NCBI GenBank assembly: GCA_029570205.1
Contig: JAKQSI010000093.1
Location: forward strand, 65,135 to 129,134
Length of the DNA: 64,000 bases
Direction: 5' to 3'
Source of the DNA: Candidatus Omnitrophota bacterium
GTDB taxonomy: Bacteria; Hinthialibacterota; Hinthialibacteria; Hinthialibacterales; JAKPRU01
The position numbers and the translations under genes are program-made. Shown here one piece after another: positions 17,312 to 29,936 of this stretch; position 1 is the first letter of the stretch; each line of letters opens with the position of its first letter. The notes beneath the pieces were generated by a model that was given only the letters and a program-made list of their open reading frames with translations, ran no database searches and was not told where the DNA came from.

Positions 17312-18421
17312 TTATTCGATCACGGGTGGATAGCAGCACACCACCTCGAGTGTTTCCCGCCCTGTGTTGACCACGTCGAATCCGGGCAATGAAGTTGGAA
17401 TAAAGAACGATTTGCCTTTCGCGATGGGCACTTCGCCGAACGGCCCGCGCAGTACGCCTTTGCCCTCGGTGGTCACCATGCAGTAAAAGCCCTGATTGCC
17501 GGGCATACTGATTTTGTCCTTGACGAGGAGGCGAGTGACCCAGAAATACTGACGCGCTTCCGGCGGAACCAGGTGTTCCTCAATACTGCCGTTCTCCCGG
17601 CGGGCAATCTGCGGCGTTCGCATGACATAATTGTTCAAATAATCCAGCGGCATGGCATCGAACCGGGCCGCATCCAGAGCGATATCCCAATCCAGGCCCA
17701 GCGAAGCCTCTTCCCGGGAGTACGGATATCCCTTCCATTCCGCGAGGATATTCCAGTCGGTCGGCTCCTGGGGTTCCAGGATGCAGACGCCCGAGCCGAT
17801 CGAGTGTACAAAGCTGTCGCGCAAGAAAATAACATCCCGTTTTTGGGGTTGAATCTCGTGCATGTGAGCGCGAATGGTTTCGACATCCTGGGCTTCCATC
17901 CATTCCCGGAATTGTTCTTTGGTGATGTCGTTTTTCCAGCCGATCCAGGCTTTTGCGCCGGGGCGGGTTCCAACCACAATCCACGCCTCGTTCTTGCCGT
18001 TCGGCGAATTGAGATACTTCTGGGCGAATTCCGGTGACGGATGCCAGTGGACAGGGATATGAGCATCGTCGCCCACATCGAATATCTTCAACAGAACGCC
18101 GAGACTGGCGCCAAACTTGGCATAGTGTTTTGCACCCAGGGTCTCGTTGGGAAGGGCTTCCAGAATCTCCTTGAGAAGAATAATGGAGCCATCGGGAAGC
18201 TGGACACGACTGAACCCCTTATCGGGCGGATTTTCGCGTCCCGGCGTGATGGCGCGGTTAGTGGAAAAAATCCATTCCTCGGCGCGGAAGTCGTCTTTCG
18301 GGTCCGGTTCGCCAAGGAACTCGGCCCGCAGTTTCCCTCCATTGTAGAAATGCAGGTACGTGTTTGGAGCCAGGGCGACAGGAGCGCTGATCAGTTTACG
18401 CAAGACATCGGTTGAAGCCAT
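17312..18421 (-). CDS. cupin-fold sugar isomerase, possibly mannose-6-phosphate isomerase type I-like (tentative)
   Basis: HIPVHWHPSPEFAQKY...EAWIVV resembles the PMI type I metal-binding region. Start moved to MASTDVLRK (AGAGAGG RBS 7 nt upstream). It is co-oriented with the isomerase/dehydrogenase genes. Confidence 0.4.
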   Translation of the reverse strand: MASTDVLRKLISAPVALAPNTYLHFYNGGKLRAEFLGEPDPKDDFRAEEWIFSTNRAITPGRENPPDKGFSRVQLPDGSIILLKEILEALPNETLGAKHYAKFGASLGVLLKIFDVGDDAHIPVHWHPSPEFAQKYLNSPNGKNEAWIVVGTRPGAKAWIGWKNDITKEQFREWMEAQDVETIRAHMHEIQPQKRDVIFLRDSFVHSIGSGVCILEPQEPTDWNILAEWKGYPYSREEASLGLDWDIALDAARFDAMPLDYLNNYVMRTPQIARRENGSIEEHLVPPEARQYFWVTRLLVKDKISMPGNQGFYCMVTTEGKGVLRGPFGEVPIAKGKSFFIPTSLPGFDVVNTGRETLEVVCCYPPVIE

Positions 18422-18896
18422 AATGACACCTCTCTTAACGTAGGCCACCGGGAATCCCGGAGTCTCGTCGAAACACCGGAACGGCAGCCCGGAGTTCAAG
18501 GTCGAATCTCGACCGCTGCAATGTCAGAAGGGTAACATGCCGAAGCCGCTCTGAATAGCGCAATGCCCGCCTGTGCGGGAGAATACCCGACCCAATCTGC
18601 GGGAAACGGTTATTCCAGGGTGGGCAAGGCAATACGGCGGATCCCTATCCTCCGGGCGGGCAAGGACCGGTATACTCGGATTTTCCGGACAGGGAAGAAC
18701 GGGAACAAACCGAATTCCAGGTCTCGGATGAAAAATGCGTTACCCAGGATCCCGAACACCTGTTACCCATATTCCCGGTTCAAATATTCCGAGGGTGAAA
18801 AAAACAATGGTTCGGGTTTCCATCTGGTGACGTGGAAATATGGTGGATTGGATTTTCTATTGAGATAGTTCGGCCATAGATTGCCAGGTTCTCCCA

Positions 18897-20474
18897 ATGA
18901 GATCGTCCCGCTCTCTTTTGCGTTCTGTCGGCGATTTTACCTTCGCGACCCTGATCAGCCGCGTGCTGGGGCTGGTCCGCGATGCCTGTTTTGGTGCGTT
19001 TCTCGAAAAACATGTTGCGGATGCGTTTATGGTGGGGATCACCATTCCGAGCACGTTTCGGATTTTGTTTGCGGAAGGGGCGCTTTCGGTGGCTTTTATC
19101 CCGATCCTGTCCCGCGTGCGGATGGCGGGAGGTGAGGAAGAGGCGCGGAAGTTCGCCCGCTCCGTGTGGAATCTGATGGTTGTGGTGGTCGGTTGTGTGG
19201 TGCTATTGGCCATTCTAACCGCGCCTCTTTATGTCCCGTTGTTGTTGAACAAGTGGCAGAATCGCGATGTCGGGATTGAACTGGCCACGGAAATGGTCCG
19301 GATCATGTTCCCGTTTCTTTTCTTCATTTCGCTGTCGGCGTGGGCCATGGGGATTCTGAATGTTTACGGATCCTTTTTTCTCCCGGCGGTGAGTCCGGCG
19401 ATTTATAACGTGGTTGTGGTCTGCGGAGCGGTCTGGGCCGGGTTATGGATGTCGGGTGTGGATGCGGCCAGGGCCATGGCCGCCGCGGTAGTGATCGGAG
19501 GGTTTTTGCAGTTCTGCATCCAGGTCCCCGCTTTATGTCGATTGGGCTATTTCCCGTGGTTCACTCGGGATTCTCTTCACCCGCAGGTACGGGATTTCCT
19601 TATCGCATTGACTCCCACGCTGTTTGGTCTTGCGGTGTACCAGATCAATATCATCATCAACCGAATCTATTTTGCGTCGTACCTGGAAGTCGGCTCGATT
19701 GCGGCGCTGACTTACGCATTTCGGCTGCTGCAATTCCCGCAGGGGGGACTGGGAGTCGCCGTGTCGGCGGCGGCCCTGCCGCGACTGGCCGAGGAAGCCC
19801 AGCAGTCCTCCGGTACGGCATTCTGCTCGACTATGGTTCGCTCGCTTCGAGCATTGATCCTTATCCTGATTCCATCCTCGGTCGGACTGGCCGTCATCAG
19901 TCGCGACCTCGTCGGGGTGATCTACAATCGGGGGAAGTTCCTATCCGGTAATCTTCTGGAACCCACAACCTCCGCTCTGATTGCCTATACGGCCGGATTA
20001 TTCTTCTTCTCTGCGGCAAAATTGCTGACACAGGGTTTCTATACGTATCGCGACGTCAAAACGCCGGTCAAGATCGGCTTTGTTTCTGTGGTCGTCAACA
20101 TCTTGTTTTGTTATTTATTTGTCTTTGAAGTTCGAATGGGTGTGGCAGGATTGGCGCTTGCCAGTACCCTTGCTTCCGTGGTTCAAACGGGACTTCTCTA
20201 TCATCTGTTGAGACCCAGGCTGCCCGGTTTTCCCGTGGGGTCTGTATTGGGGTTGATCGTACGGGTGTTGCTTTGTTCGGGCGTTATGGGCTGGCTATGC
20301 TATTTGGCTATCCACCGTTTTGCGTATTTAGGGGCCGGATTTTCCGGCTATGGAATGCGGGTTCTGATCGGGGTTTCGTTGGGTGTGTTCGTATATAGTG
20401 TGCTGGCGTTGCTGTTTCTTTGGGAAGATGTCAAGGTGGTGCTGAAGCTGCGTCGTCATAAAGGACAGCCGTAA
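18897..20474 (+). CDS. murJ: lipid II flippase MurJ (MviN)
   Basis: N-terminus SLLRSVGDFTFATLISRVLGLVRDACFGAFL and 14 predicted TM segments, about 520 aa. Confidence 0.9.
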   Translation: MRSSRSLLRSVGDFTFATLISRVLGLVRDACFGAFLEKHVADAFMVGITIPSTFRILFAEGALSVAFIPILSRVRMAGGEEEARKFARSVWNLMVVVVGCVVLLAILTAPLYVPLLLNKWQNRDVGIELATEMVRIMFPFLFFISLSAWAMGILNVYGSFFLPAVSPAIYNVVVVCGAVWAGLWMSGVDAARAMAAAVVIGGFLQFCIQVPALCRLGYFPWFTRDSLHPQVRDFLIALTPTLFGLAVYQINIIINRIYFASYLEVGSIAALTYAFRLLQFPQGGLGVAVSAAALPRLAEEAQQSSGTAFCSTMVRSLRALILILIPSSVGLAVISRDLVGVIYNRGKFLSGNLLEPTTSALIAYTAGLFFFSAAKLLTQGFYTYRDVKTPVKIGFVSVVVNILFCYLFVFEVRMGVAGLALASTLASVVQTGLLYHLLRPRLPGFPVGSVLGLIVRVLLCSGVMGWLCYLAIHRFAYLGAGFSGYGMRVLIGVSLGVFVYSVLALLFLWEDVKVVLKLRRHKGQP

Positions 20475-20523
20475 GGCGTTCTTGGAGTGCGGGCGCGTTA
20501 GCTCCCGCCTTTCCCTTTTCTTC

Positions 20524-22092
20524 TCATTCCGGATACACAAAATTGTCCGGCAGGCGGATGAAGTCGATATGCGGGAGCGGGCCGGTCGCGTGCAACAATT
20601 CCACAGTTTTGGGGCCTGCCTCGGTATTCCGCAGAATCACATAGGAAAACCCACCGCTCGGAATCTGGTCGAAGTGCATCGGTCCGAAATAGGTCTCCCC
20701 AACGAGGTTCAATTCCACAATCTTGGGAACACCCCACCACCGGGGCGAACCCGCATCCAGGGAGGCAAACATCTGATAGTTGAATCGACGATGGTCGGTA
20801 ATTCCCAGATCCGACAGAAACACGGCCCGCGACCAATCTTTAATCAATTCCATATAAGATATTCCCGTCGCTGCCTCCACATTTTCTATCCCTTTCTTTC
20901 CGGTTCGAACCAATTTCGCGACAATGCCGTCACCGTATCGGTCGGCGAGGTATCGACAAAACAGATAGGCCCCCCCGCGTTGGGTATCATTGGGAACCAG
21001 ATTTGTCACGATGTTGATTGCGCCCGTGTTGCGGAGAAATTTCTCCGTGTATTTCGGGTTCTTGACCCGCGCGGAACCGACATAATCCTCCGCCAGCATG
21101 GAAAGACCCACATTGAGCCAATTCTCCTCCACGTTGGGAAAAAGATACCCGTTTCCGAATAAGACGGCATGGTAACGGAAGTTCACCAATTGCTGGAAAG
21201 CGTTCGCGATATTCCCCGTGATATCCTCCGGGGCGATTGTCCTTTCCGGAGTATTGGGGGGGCACACATACAGGAGTTCCATGGCGTTTGATACACCATT
21301 CCAACCGGCGGTTTCAAACAGGTCGCCTTCATAGAAGGAACTGTCTCCCGCTCCCGCTGCTGCCGTCGTGAACAAAATCGCAACCTGCCCGTCGCCGTTC
21401 AAATCTCCCGGATTGCCGAATACGTTTGAAAGAACCGGATATGTAATTGTGTCGAAAATCTGTCCCTGGCCGTTGACGGTTGCCTGGCCGACCGGAGATT
21501 CACTCTGCAACCAGATCGCGTCATCCACATAAATCGCCGCATGTTTCCCCGAATACCGAAGGGTGGCGGTGACCGGCGCGCCTCCATGAATCGCAAAGGT
21601 TCTCTGTTCGCCTGCTGCCGGCGGCCCCGAAGTCTGCTTCCCGACTAGCGCGGGTTTCTTCCCCAGTTCGACACCGAGGAGAGAGAAGAATATCGATGGA
21701 GGAAACTTTTCCGCCGAAACGGATTCCTCCTCTGCCTTCTTCTTAAATGAGAACAGTTCCCGATAAATCCCTACTTCGGATTTCTGCGAACCGAAGGTTT
21801 CATTCCGAATAATTAGAAGATACGCCTCCGTTCCTGTTGGGAAATTGAGATTCAAGGTTGTGACCGGATCGGAGACCGCAAGTGTGGAAATGGGGGGAAT
21901 CGGATATTGCCCAAACTGCCCGGCCAGAGAATAGACATCCAGATGGTCGACCGCATTGTCCCCGTTCAAATCACATCGGGCATGGAGCCAATGGCGGAGT
22001 TCAAGCGTCGGGTGGTACGGCTCCGCGATGGCAGAAGAAACGAGAGATACAAACAGCAGGAACGTGGGGAGTACAATCAAGGGAATCCGCAT
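20524..22092 (-). CDS. secreted hypothetical protein with dockerin/EF-hand-like Ca-binding motifs
   Basis: Signal peptide MRIPLIVLPTFLLFVSLVSSAIA. Motifs CDLNGDNAVDHLDVYSLAGQFG and GDLNGDGQVAILFT (D-x-N-x-D-x-x-x-D type). No catalytic motif recognised. Confidence 0.45.
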   Translation of the reverse strand: MRIPLIVLPTFLLFVSLVSSAIAEPYHPTLELRHWLHARCDLNGDNAVDHLDVYSLAGQFGQYPIPPISTLAVSDPVTTLNLNFPTGTEAYLLIIRNETFGSQKSEVGIYRELFSFKKKAEEESVSAEKFPPSIFFSLLGVELGKKPALVGKQTSGPPAAGEQRTFAIHGGAPVTATLRYSGKHAAIYVDDAIWLQSESPVGQATVNGQGQIFDTITYPVLSNVFGNPGDLNGDGQVAILFTTAAAGAGDSSFYEGDLFETAGWNGVSNAMELLYVCPPNTPERTIAPEDITGNIANAFQQLVNFRYHAVLFGNGYLFPNVEENWLNVGLSMLAEDYVGSARVKNPKYTEKFLRNTGAINIVTNLVPNDTQRGGAYLFCRYLADRYGDGIVAKLVRTGKKGIENVEAATGISYMELIKDWSRAVFLSDLGITDHRRFNYQMFASLDAGSPRWWGVPKIVELNLVGETYFGPMHFDQIPSGGFSYVILRNTEAGPKTVELLHATGPLPHIDFIRLPDNFVYPE

Positions 22093-22167
22093 GGCTTCCG
22101 TCGCATTTCAGAGTGATCTTCACGTCCGATTCAAGTCACATATTGAAAAACCGCGTTGCGGGTGTGA

Positions 22168-22743
22168 TTAACCCGGATTGTTGTCCCAGTTGTCGCGATA
22201 GGTTTTCTGGGGGATATTCCCCGGCCCGACCCGTTCGATGCTTCCCCGGCTGTTCAGCCCATTGGACACGTCATACCGGGGATAGGAATCCGATGTAGTG
22301 CTTCCGTCAAACCAGCCCCGGTCCGGTCCCAGGGCAGTAATGACCCATTTGATGTTGTATCGAATCATGGCCGGGTGAGAGTCGAAAGTGGGCGGGCCGT
22401 GGAAAATATAATACTTTTTGAGCGGTTTTCCGTAAGCGCTCAGCACGGTCTGCGCGCCGTAGTCGGATTCCAGAATCGGCCCAAAAGGGTCTTCGGGAAT
22501 GGAAGGCATATATGCCATTGGCGTGGTGAGATCGCACAACCGGAAGTTTCCGATATAAAAGTTATTGTCCAGTTTGTAGCTCTCAATGGCGGTTTCCAGG
22601 GATTTCATATCCGCCTCGCATCGGGCGAGTTTGGCGCGGATTTGGGCGTTCATGAAATTCGGCACGGCAATGGCTGCCAGGATGCCGATGATTGCCACAA
22701 CGATCAGGAGTTCAATCAGGGTGAATGCCGCTTTTCGGTGCAT
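22168..22743 (-). CDS. prepilin-type N-terminal cleavage/methylation domain protein (pseudopilin-like)
   Basis: MHRKAAFTLIELLIVVAIIGILAAIAVPNF is a classic class III signal peptide with Glu5. It lies directly upstream of, and co-oriented with, the secreted protein 20524-22092. Confidence 0.8.
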   Translation of the reverse strand: MHRKAAFTLIELLIVVAIIGILAAIAVPNFMNAQIRAKLARCEADMKSLETAIESYKLDNNFYIGNFRLCDLTTPMAYMPSIPEDPFGPILESDYGAQTVLSAYGKPLKKYYIFHGPPTFDSHPAMIRYNIKWVITALGPDRGWFDGSTTSDSYPRYDVSNGLNSRGSIERVGPGNIPQKTYRDNWDNNPG

Positions 22744-22847
22744 GATGGGGTCCTCCGAGCGCGACAAATCTGGGGGAATTCACGAATTGTCCCTAATACA
22801 GAATACCTCACCTGATCCAGACATGACAAGTCATTTTCCGGAGATTC

Positions 22848-24188
22848 TCAGGCAATAGACCAGTCTGCATACAGAGGGAAGGCATCGCACAGATCCCGGA
22901 CTTTCTCGCGTGTAGAGCGGATGACTTCCTCGTGCAGTTTAGATTCGATCACATCGGCGATCCAATCCCCGATCTGCTCCATTTCCGTGATGCCCATGCC
23001 CCGCGTGGAAAGCGCCGGGGTCCCGATGCGGATTCCGCTGGTGACCATGGGATTTTGGGGATCGTTCAGGACGGTGTTTTTGTTGGTGGTGATGCCGGCG
23101 CGCTCCAGGGCCAGCTCGGTGTCCTTGCCGGTCAGCCCGTTCGGGACCAGGTTGACCAGCATGAGGTGGGTATCCGTGCCGCCTGTGACAAGACGAATCC
23201 CCCGGTCGGTCAGGCGTTTCGCAAGAGCGTGTGCGTTGTCGATCACACGCTGTTGATAGGTTTTGAACTGCGGTTGAAGGGCTTCTCCGAAGGCGACGGC
23301 TTTCGCCGCGATGACGTGCATCAAAGGTCCTCCCTGGGTGAAGGGGAAAACCCTCTTATTCACTTCTTTTTTGTATTCCTCGCCGCAGAGAATCAATCCC
23401 CCGCGAGGTCCCCGCAAGGTTTTGTGAGTGGTGCTGGTTACGATGTCGCATGATCCGATAGGGGTCGGGTGCAGGTCGGTTGCGACCAGCCCGGCTGTGT
23501 GCGCAATATCGGCGACCACTTTCGCCCCGGCCTCATGCGCTATCTCCGCAAACCGCGCAAAGTCGATTGCGCGGGGGTACGCGCTCGTTCCAAGGATCAC
23601 GAGATCGGGATGATTCTTTTTGACGGATGCAATGAAATCGTCCGGTTCCAGGCGTTCCGTTTCCGGATTGAGTTCATACGAGACTGCCTGGAACAACTGC
23701 CCGGAGAAATTGACAGGGGCGCCATGTGTCAAATGACCGCCATGAGGCAGTTTCATTCCCATGATCTTTGTGCCGGGTTCCACCAGGGCCAGATAGGCCG
23801 CCAGGTTGGCTTGGGAGCCGGAATGAGGCTGGACATTGGCATGATCCGCGCCGAACAGTTTTTTCGCCCGTTCGATGGCCAGGTTCTCCGCGATATCCAC
23901 CGATTCGCAACCGCCATAATAACGCCGTCCCGGATACCCCTCAGCGTACTTATTGTTCAGCGGCGTACCGAGAGCCGCCAAGACCGCCGGAGAGCAAAAA
24001 TTCTCCGATGCAATCATTTCCAGGGTGAACCGTTGACGGTCAACCTCGCCCTTCACGGCCTGGTAGACCTCAGGGTCGGCGGAAGCGAGACAGGAACACA
24101 CGGCAGTTCTCCTTATGAAACGCGGCGCTGAAGAATGCAGATCGCGCAATTTCCCGGTTGCCTCTCCTGAAGAAGGAGGGATTCTCAT
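22848..24188 (-). CDS. glyA: serine hydroxymethyltransferase
   Basis: [37 protein letters not shown]...[12 protein letters not shown] and the PLP-lysine region [14 protein letters not shown]. The start is trimmed to MRIPPSS (24188) because the longer track ORF would run into the tRNA-Phe gene. The true start may be even further downstream at a non-ATG codon. Confidence 0.9.
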   Translation of the reverse strand: MRIPPSSGEATGKLRDLHSSAPRFIRRTAVCSCLASADPEVYQAVKGEVDRQRFTLEMIASENFCSPAVLAALGTPLNNKYAEGYPGRRYYGGCESVDIAENLAIERAKKLFGADHANVQPHSGSQANLAAYLALVEPGTKIMGMKLPHGGHLTHGAPVNFSGQLFQAVSYELNPETERLEPDDFIASVKKNHPDLVILGTSAYPRAIDFARFAEIAHEAGAKVVADIAHTAGLVATDLHPTPIGSCDIVTSTTHKTLRGPRGGLILCGEEYKKEVNKRVFPFTQGGPLMHVIAAKAVAFGEALQPQFKTYQQRVIDNAHALAKRLTDRGIRLVTGGTDTHLMLVNLVPNGLTGKDTELALERAGITTNKNTVLNDPQNPMVTSGIRIGTPALSTRGMGITEMEQIGDWIADVIESKLHEEVIRSTREKVRDLCDAFPLYADWSIA

Positions 24189-24278
24189 CGTACTGATCGT
24201 CCTGCCTTTCGCCAAGGGAAGACAACCGGTCCGAAAATGAAAACGGCTCCCGTTGACGGGGGCCGTATGAAAATCGAG

Positions 24279-24351
<73 letters not shown>

Positions 24352-24428
24352 TTTGAGGTGTCGCTTCTTTTACCCGTTCTACCGATTCCTGTCAAGAAAC
24401 CATGTCCGAATTGAGGGATAAAAGGCTC

Positions 24429-24899
24429 TCAATCCCAGCCCAGAAGATAGCTCATTTGAAGCCGGGTGTCTTTCAAACGCCTTGCAACAAGCGTGGAGAT
24501 CATCTCCATCAGGGAAGCTTTCAGCAATACATCCTCCTCCAGGAGTTTCAGCAACGGCTCGCGGGGAATTCGGAGAAGCGTGGACTGTTCCATGCACAGG
24601 CAGGATGCGGTCAGGAGATGAGGGGGAACCAGAGCGGACCAGCCGAAAAACTCGCCTCTTTCCGCGAAATCCACAACGACTTTTCGATGCCTCGGCAACT
24701 CCATTTCAACGGCAACTCGCCCGGAAAGAACAAGATACAATGCATCAGCCACGTCATTTGTTCGATAAACGTAAGTCTCGGAAGGACAATCCATTAGATC
24801 GGAAATTTGTGCCAATTTCCGGACCTGTTCGGGGCTGTAACTTTTCAGACACTCGAGACCTTGAAGAAGTTCCGGTGGGACCATTTTGATACCTTGCAA
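24429..24899 (-). CDS. stand-alone cyclic-nucleotide-binding (cNMP/CAP effector) domain protein
   Basis: FGWSALV...RTASCLCMEQSTLLRIPRE beta-roll and phosphate-binding cassette pattern (GEFFG ... SA). About 150 aa with no DNA-binding domain. Confidence 0.7.
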   Translation of the reverse strand: MQGIKMVPPELLQGLECLKSYSPEQVRKLAQISDLMDCPSETYVYRTNDVADALYLVLSGRVAVEMELPRHRKVVVDFAERGEFFGWSALVPPHLLTASCLCMEQSTLLRIPREPLLKLLEEDVLLKASLMEMISTLVARRLKDTRLQMSYLLGWD

Positions 24900-25197
24900 T
24901 TGAGAATCGGATTGGACTGCCCGTCTTTCCGGACCGGATTATGTCCGTTTTGAAACGTGGCAAGCCTATCACCCGCCTGTTCGAAGATCAATCCCATTGG
25001 AAAAGCAATCTTTCTCGTCCGGGTCGAGATCGCCCGGAAGGGAGCGGATTCGGAGTGGATACATCGGAACGGTTGCAGAGGAAACCGATATTTTTGCGGG
25101 AGTTTTTTTGCTTTGCATTCTTTTCCATAATAGGCTGATAACACAGAACTTAAGGGAAATATAAGGGTCCGGAGCGCAGAAAATATGCCGGGGGGAC

Positions 25198-25226
25198 TTG
25201 CAAATTTGTGAGTGGGACACTACAAT
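25198..25226 (+). promoter_or_regulatory. rRNA promoter P1 (sigma70-type): TTGCAA, 17 nt spacer, TACAAT
   Basis: -35 TTGCAA at 25198-25203 and -10 TACAAT at 25221-25226, with an exact 17-nt spacer, about 195 nt upstream of the 23S 5' end. Confidence 0.55.
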
Positions 25227-25266
25227 TCTGATTCTGCGAGTGAGCGAATTCTTCTGAATTTGGCTC

Positions 25267-25294
25267 TTGCATTGTGAGATACACCTGATATCAT
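25267..25294 (+). promoter_or_regulatory. rRNA promoter P2 (sigma70-type): TTGCAT, 16 nt spacer, TATCAT
   Basis: -35 TTGCAT at 25267-25272 and -10 TATCAT at 25289-25294. The tandem P1/P2 arrangement is classic for rrn operons. Confidence 0.5.
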
Positions 25295-25420
25295 AATAGG
25301 TGGTTCAAAAATCCACTCGGAGAGAGTGGGGCCGCTTCTGTGTCGATGGAGCGGGCGTTCTTTGACAAGAGAATAGCAAAGTGTTGTATAGGTAGTGGGA
25401 CAATACTGCGTGTGTAAACG

Positions 25421-28436
<3,016 letters not shown>

Positions 28437-28538
28437 CCCGTAAGCCGCGTAGTATTGTCCCACCACCTGGACAACAACTTTGTTTTCGTCAGTCACCCGA
28501 CCGGCTGACTGTTCAGGGTGATTCATAGAAATCAGATT

Positions 28539-28653
28539 TTGGGTGGCCATAGCGGCGGGGATCCACCTGTTCCCATCTCGAACACAGAAGTTAAGCCCGC
28601 TCGCGCCGATGGTACTGCCGGGGACACCCGGTGGGAGAGTAGGTCGTCGCCCA
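28539..28653 (+). rRNA. rrf: 5S ribosomal RNA
   Basis: TGGGTGGCCATAGCGGCGGGGATCCACCTGTTCCCATCTCGAACACAGAAGTTAAGCCCGCTCGCGCCGATGGTACTGCCGGGGACACCCGGTGGGAGAGTAGGTCGTCGCCCAA matches the 5S consensus (CCGAACACAGAAGTTAAGC, GAGAGTAGG). Confidence 0.93.
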
Positions 28654-28667
28654 AATCCTTCAATAAA

Positions 28668-28689
28668 CCCCGCTTCGGCGGGGTTTATT
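28668..28689 (+). terminator. rho-independent terminator of the rrn operon
   Basis: CCCCGC-TTCG-GCGGGG hairpin (GC stem, TTCG tetraloop) followed by TTTATT, 15 nt after 5S. Confidence 0.8.
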
Positions 28690-28831
28690 ATCGGTTGATG
28701 GAGTGAACATCTGTTCAGTTCACTTTCCGACATTCGTTTGCTCTACATCCCCTTTTTTGCGCCTCCCGACAGCATTTCCTTGCCGATGCCACCAGGGTCA
28801 TACCCGGAGACTCTTTCACCTGGTGCCCGAC

Positions 28832-29233
28832 TTGCACTTGTGCGCTCCACCGTTTGAAATACTCCTGGCGGAGGATGATCCGGTCGCCCAGCCACTGATT
28901 CCGCGCAAAATATACAGATATCTGGTGGGAGATCAGGTTTTGGAAGAGGCGGACGGGCGTATCGGCAGGTTGTTTCGTGCCTATGAGGTATTTGGCGCAT
29001 AGGGTGGGGAAAAGTTTGTGATTCCCATGCCCGGAGGGAGCCGGTCAGCGGCAGCTAGCGTTGCGGAACGGATTCGCGGCACGTTGGCCACCGGACCGAT
29101 TTTGACGAAGCCGGACACCGTTGTTCTAACCGCGAGCTTCGGGGTTTGCGAGGTGACCGTGGATCGGGAATTCGAAACGGTCTTCGAGGAAATCCCTGCT
29201 TCTAACTGTCTGACCTGTATAGATTTACAATGA
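28832..29233 (+). pseudogene. degraded response-regulator receiver (REC) gene: no ATG start, in-frame amber stop at 29000-29002, phospho-acceptor Asp apparently lost
   Basis: One reading frame gives ...FEILLAEDDPVAQPLIPRKIYRYLVGDQVLEEADGRIGRLFRAYEVFGA*GGEKFVIPMPGGSRSAAASVAERIRG...TVVLTASFG.... ILLAEDDP / GxxVxEAxDG / MPGG / VVLTAS align to REC beta1-alpha1-beta2-beta3-beta4. It is interrupted by TAG and starts only with TTG codons. Confidence 0.35.
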
Positions 29234-29283
29234 AAGCATTTTATCAGGTCCGAACGGAACAAATGAATTGTTTTATAGATATC

Positions 29284-29310
29284 TAAAGATTGTCGTTTTT
29301 ATGCCGATAA
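29284..29310 (+). promoter_or_regulatory. sigma-28 (FliA) class promoter: TAAAGATT, 11 nt spacer, GCCGATAA
   Basis: Near-perfect match to the flagellar sigma-28 consensus TAAAGTTT-N11-GCCGATAA. The -10 lies at 29303-29310, 40 nt upstream of the YjfB-like ORF. Confidence 0.6.
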
Positions 29311-29349
29311 TTAGGACGAAAAACTAAAGGTGTATCTACAGGTGCCGAA

Positions 29350-29529
29350 ATGGGAATTGCGGCTGTTGAAGGTGCCATAGGCTTGCCCAACCTGATGGGC
29401 GCGCTGCTCCAGGCGACGATGCAAAAGTCCCTGGAATTGGCCGCACAGCAGGCAGCAGTAAACCTTCCCCTCGAGTCTCAGGCCGTCTCGATTGAGGGGC
29501 TTGGCGAGGTTATCGACGTCTACGCATAA
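29350..29529 (+). CDS. YjfB-family putative motility protein (59 aa); not in the supplied ORF track (below its length cutoff)
   Basis: ATG 29350, TAA 29527-29529. MGIAAVEGAIGLPNLMGALLQATMQKSLELAAQQAAVNLPLESQAVSIEGLGEVIDVYA. Size, A/Q-rich helix and C-terminal ...LG.-IDV.A ending resemble the YjfB (PF14070) family, which I recall as about 60 aa. It sits downstream of a sigma-28 promoter. Confidence 0.5.
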   Translation: MGIAAVEGAIGLPNLMGALLQATMQKSLELAAQQAAVNLPLESQAVSIEGLGEVIDVYA

Positions 29530-29722
29530 ATTCCGCGCAGGACCCTTCCCCCACCATCCTTTCAATCCGGATTTTCCTGAATCCCCCTCTCTTTGTTCTC
29601 CTTGCAGTCGATTTTTGATTCCGTTTGATTTCATCCGGTTCGAATGAAGAGCGGTAGATTCTGTTTGGGGATCTGATGTTATGTCCGGCAGATTTGTCGG
29701 ATCGCAATTCTTTTCCTCCGAC

Positions 29723-29750
29723 TTCAGTTTGATGTGCGGGAAACCGATAA
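29723..29750 (+). promoter_or_regulatory. sigma-28-like promoter: TTCAGTTT, 11 nt spacer, AACCGATAA
   Basis: -35-like CAGTTT plus an exact 11-nt spacer plus CCGATAA (7/8 of GCCGATAA), upstream of the YvyF-like gene. Confidence 0.45.
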
Positions 29751-29936
29751 CTTGAGTCAGTTGGTTGTCTGTGGCGGCCGGTAAGGAGGAGCCTGGTCCG
29801 GTCGGCTGTTTTATTCTGCTACTCGGGTTGTTTACGCCTGCCTGATTTTTCCGTTTCGCGAACGGTGAATCCCTTCGAGGGCTTTGAGAGGAACATTATG
29901 CACGGTTGGATCGTCGATCCGGCCGGGGGAGGTATC

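Noticed and set aside
18500-18896. 400-bp non-coding region upstream of murJ, examined for ncRNA or riboswitch
   Set aside because: No recognisable conserved riboswitch or RNase P/SRP/tmRNA motifs and no strong secondary-structure signatures by eye. It is left unassigned.
29018-29233. 71-aa ORF treated as an independent small gene
   Set aside because: It is better explained as the downstream half of the decayed REC pseudogene (same frame as the upstream REC-like segment, separated only by a TAG).
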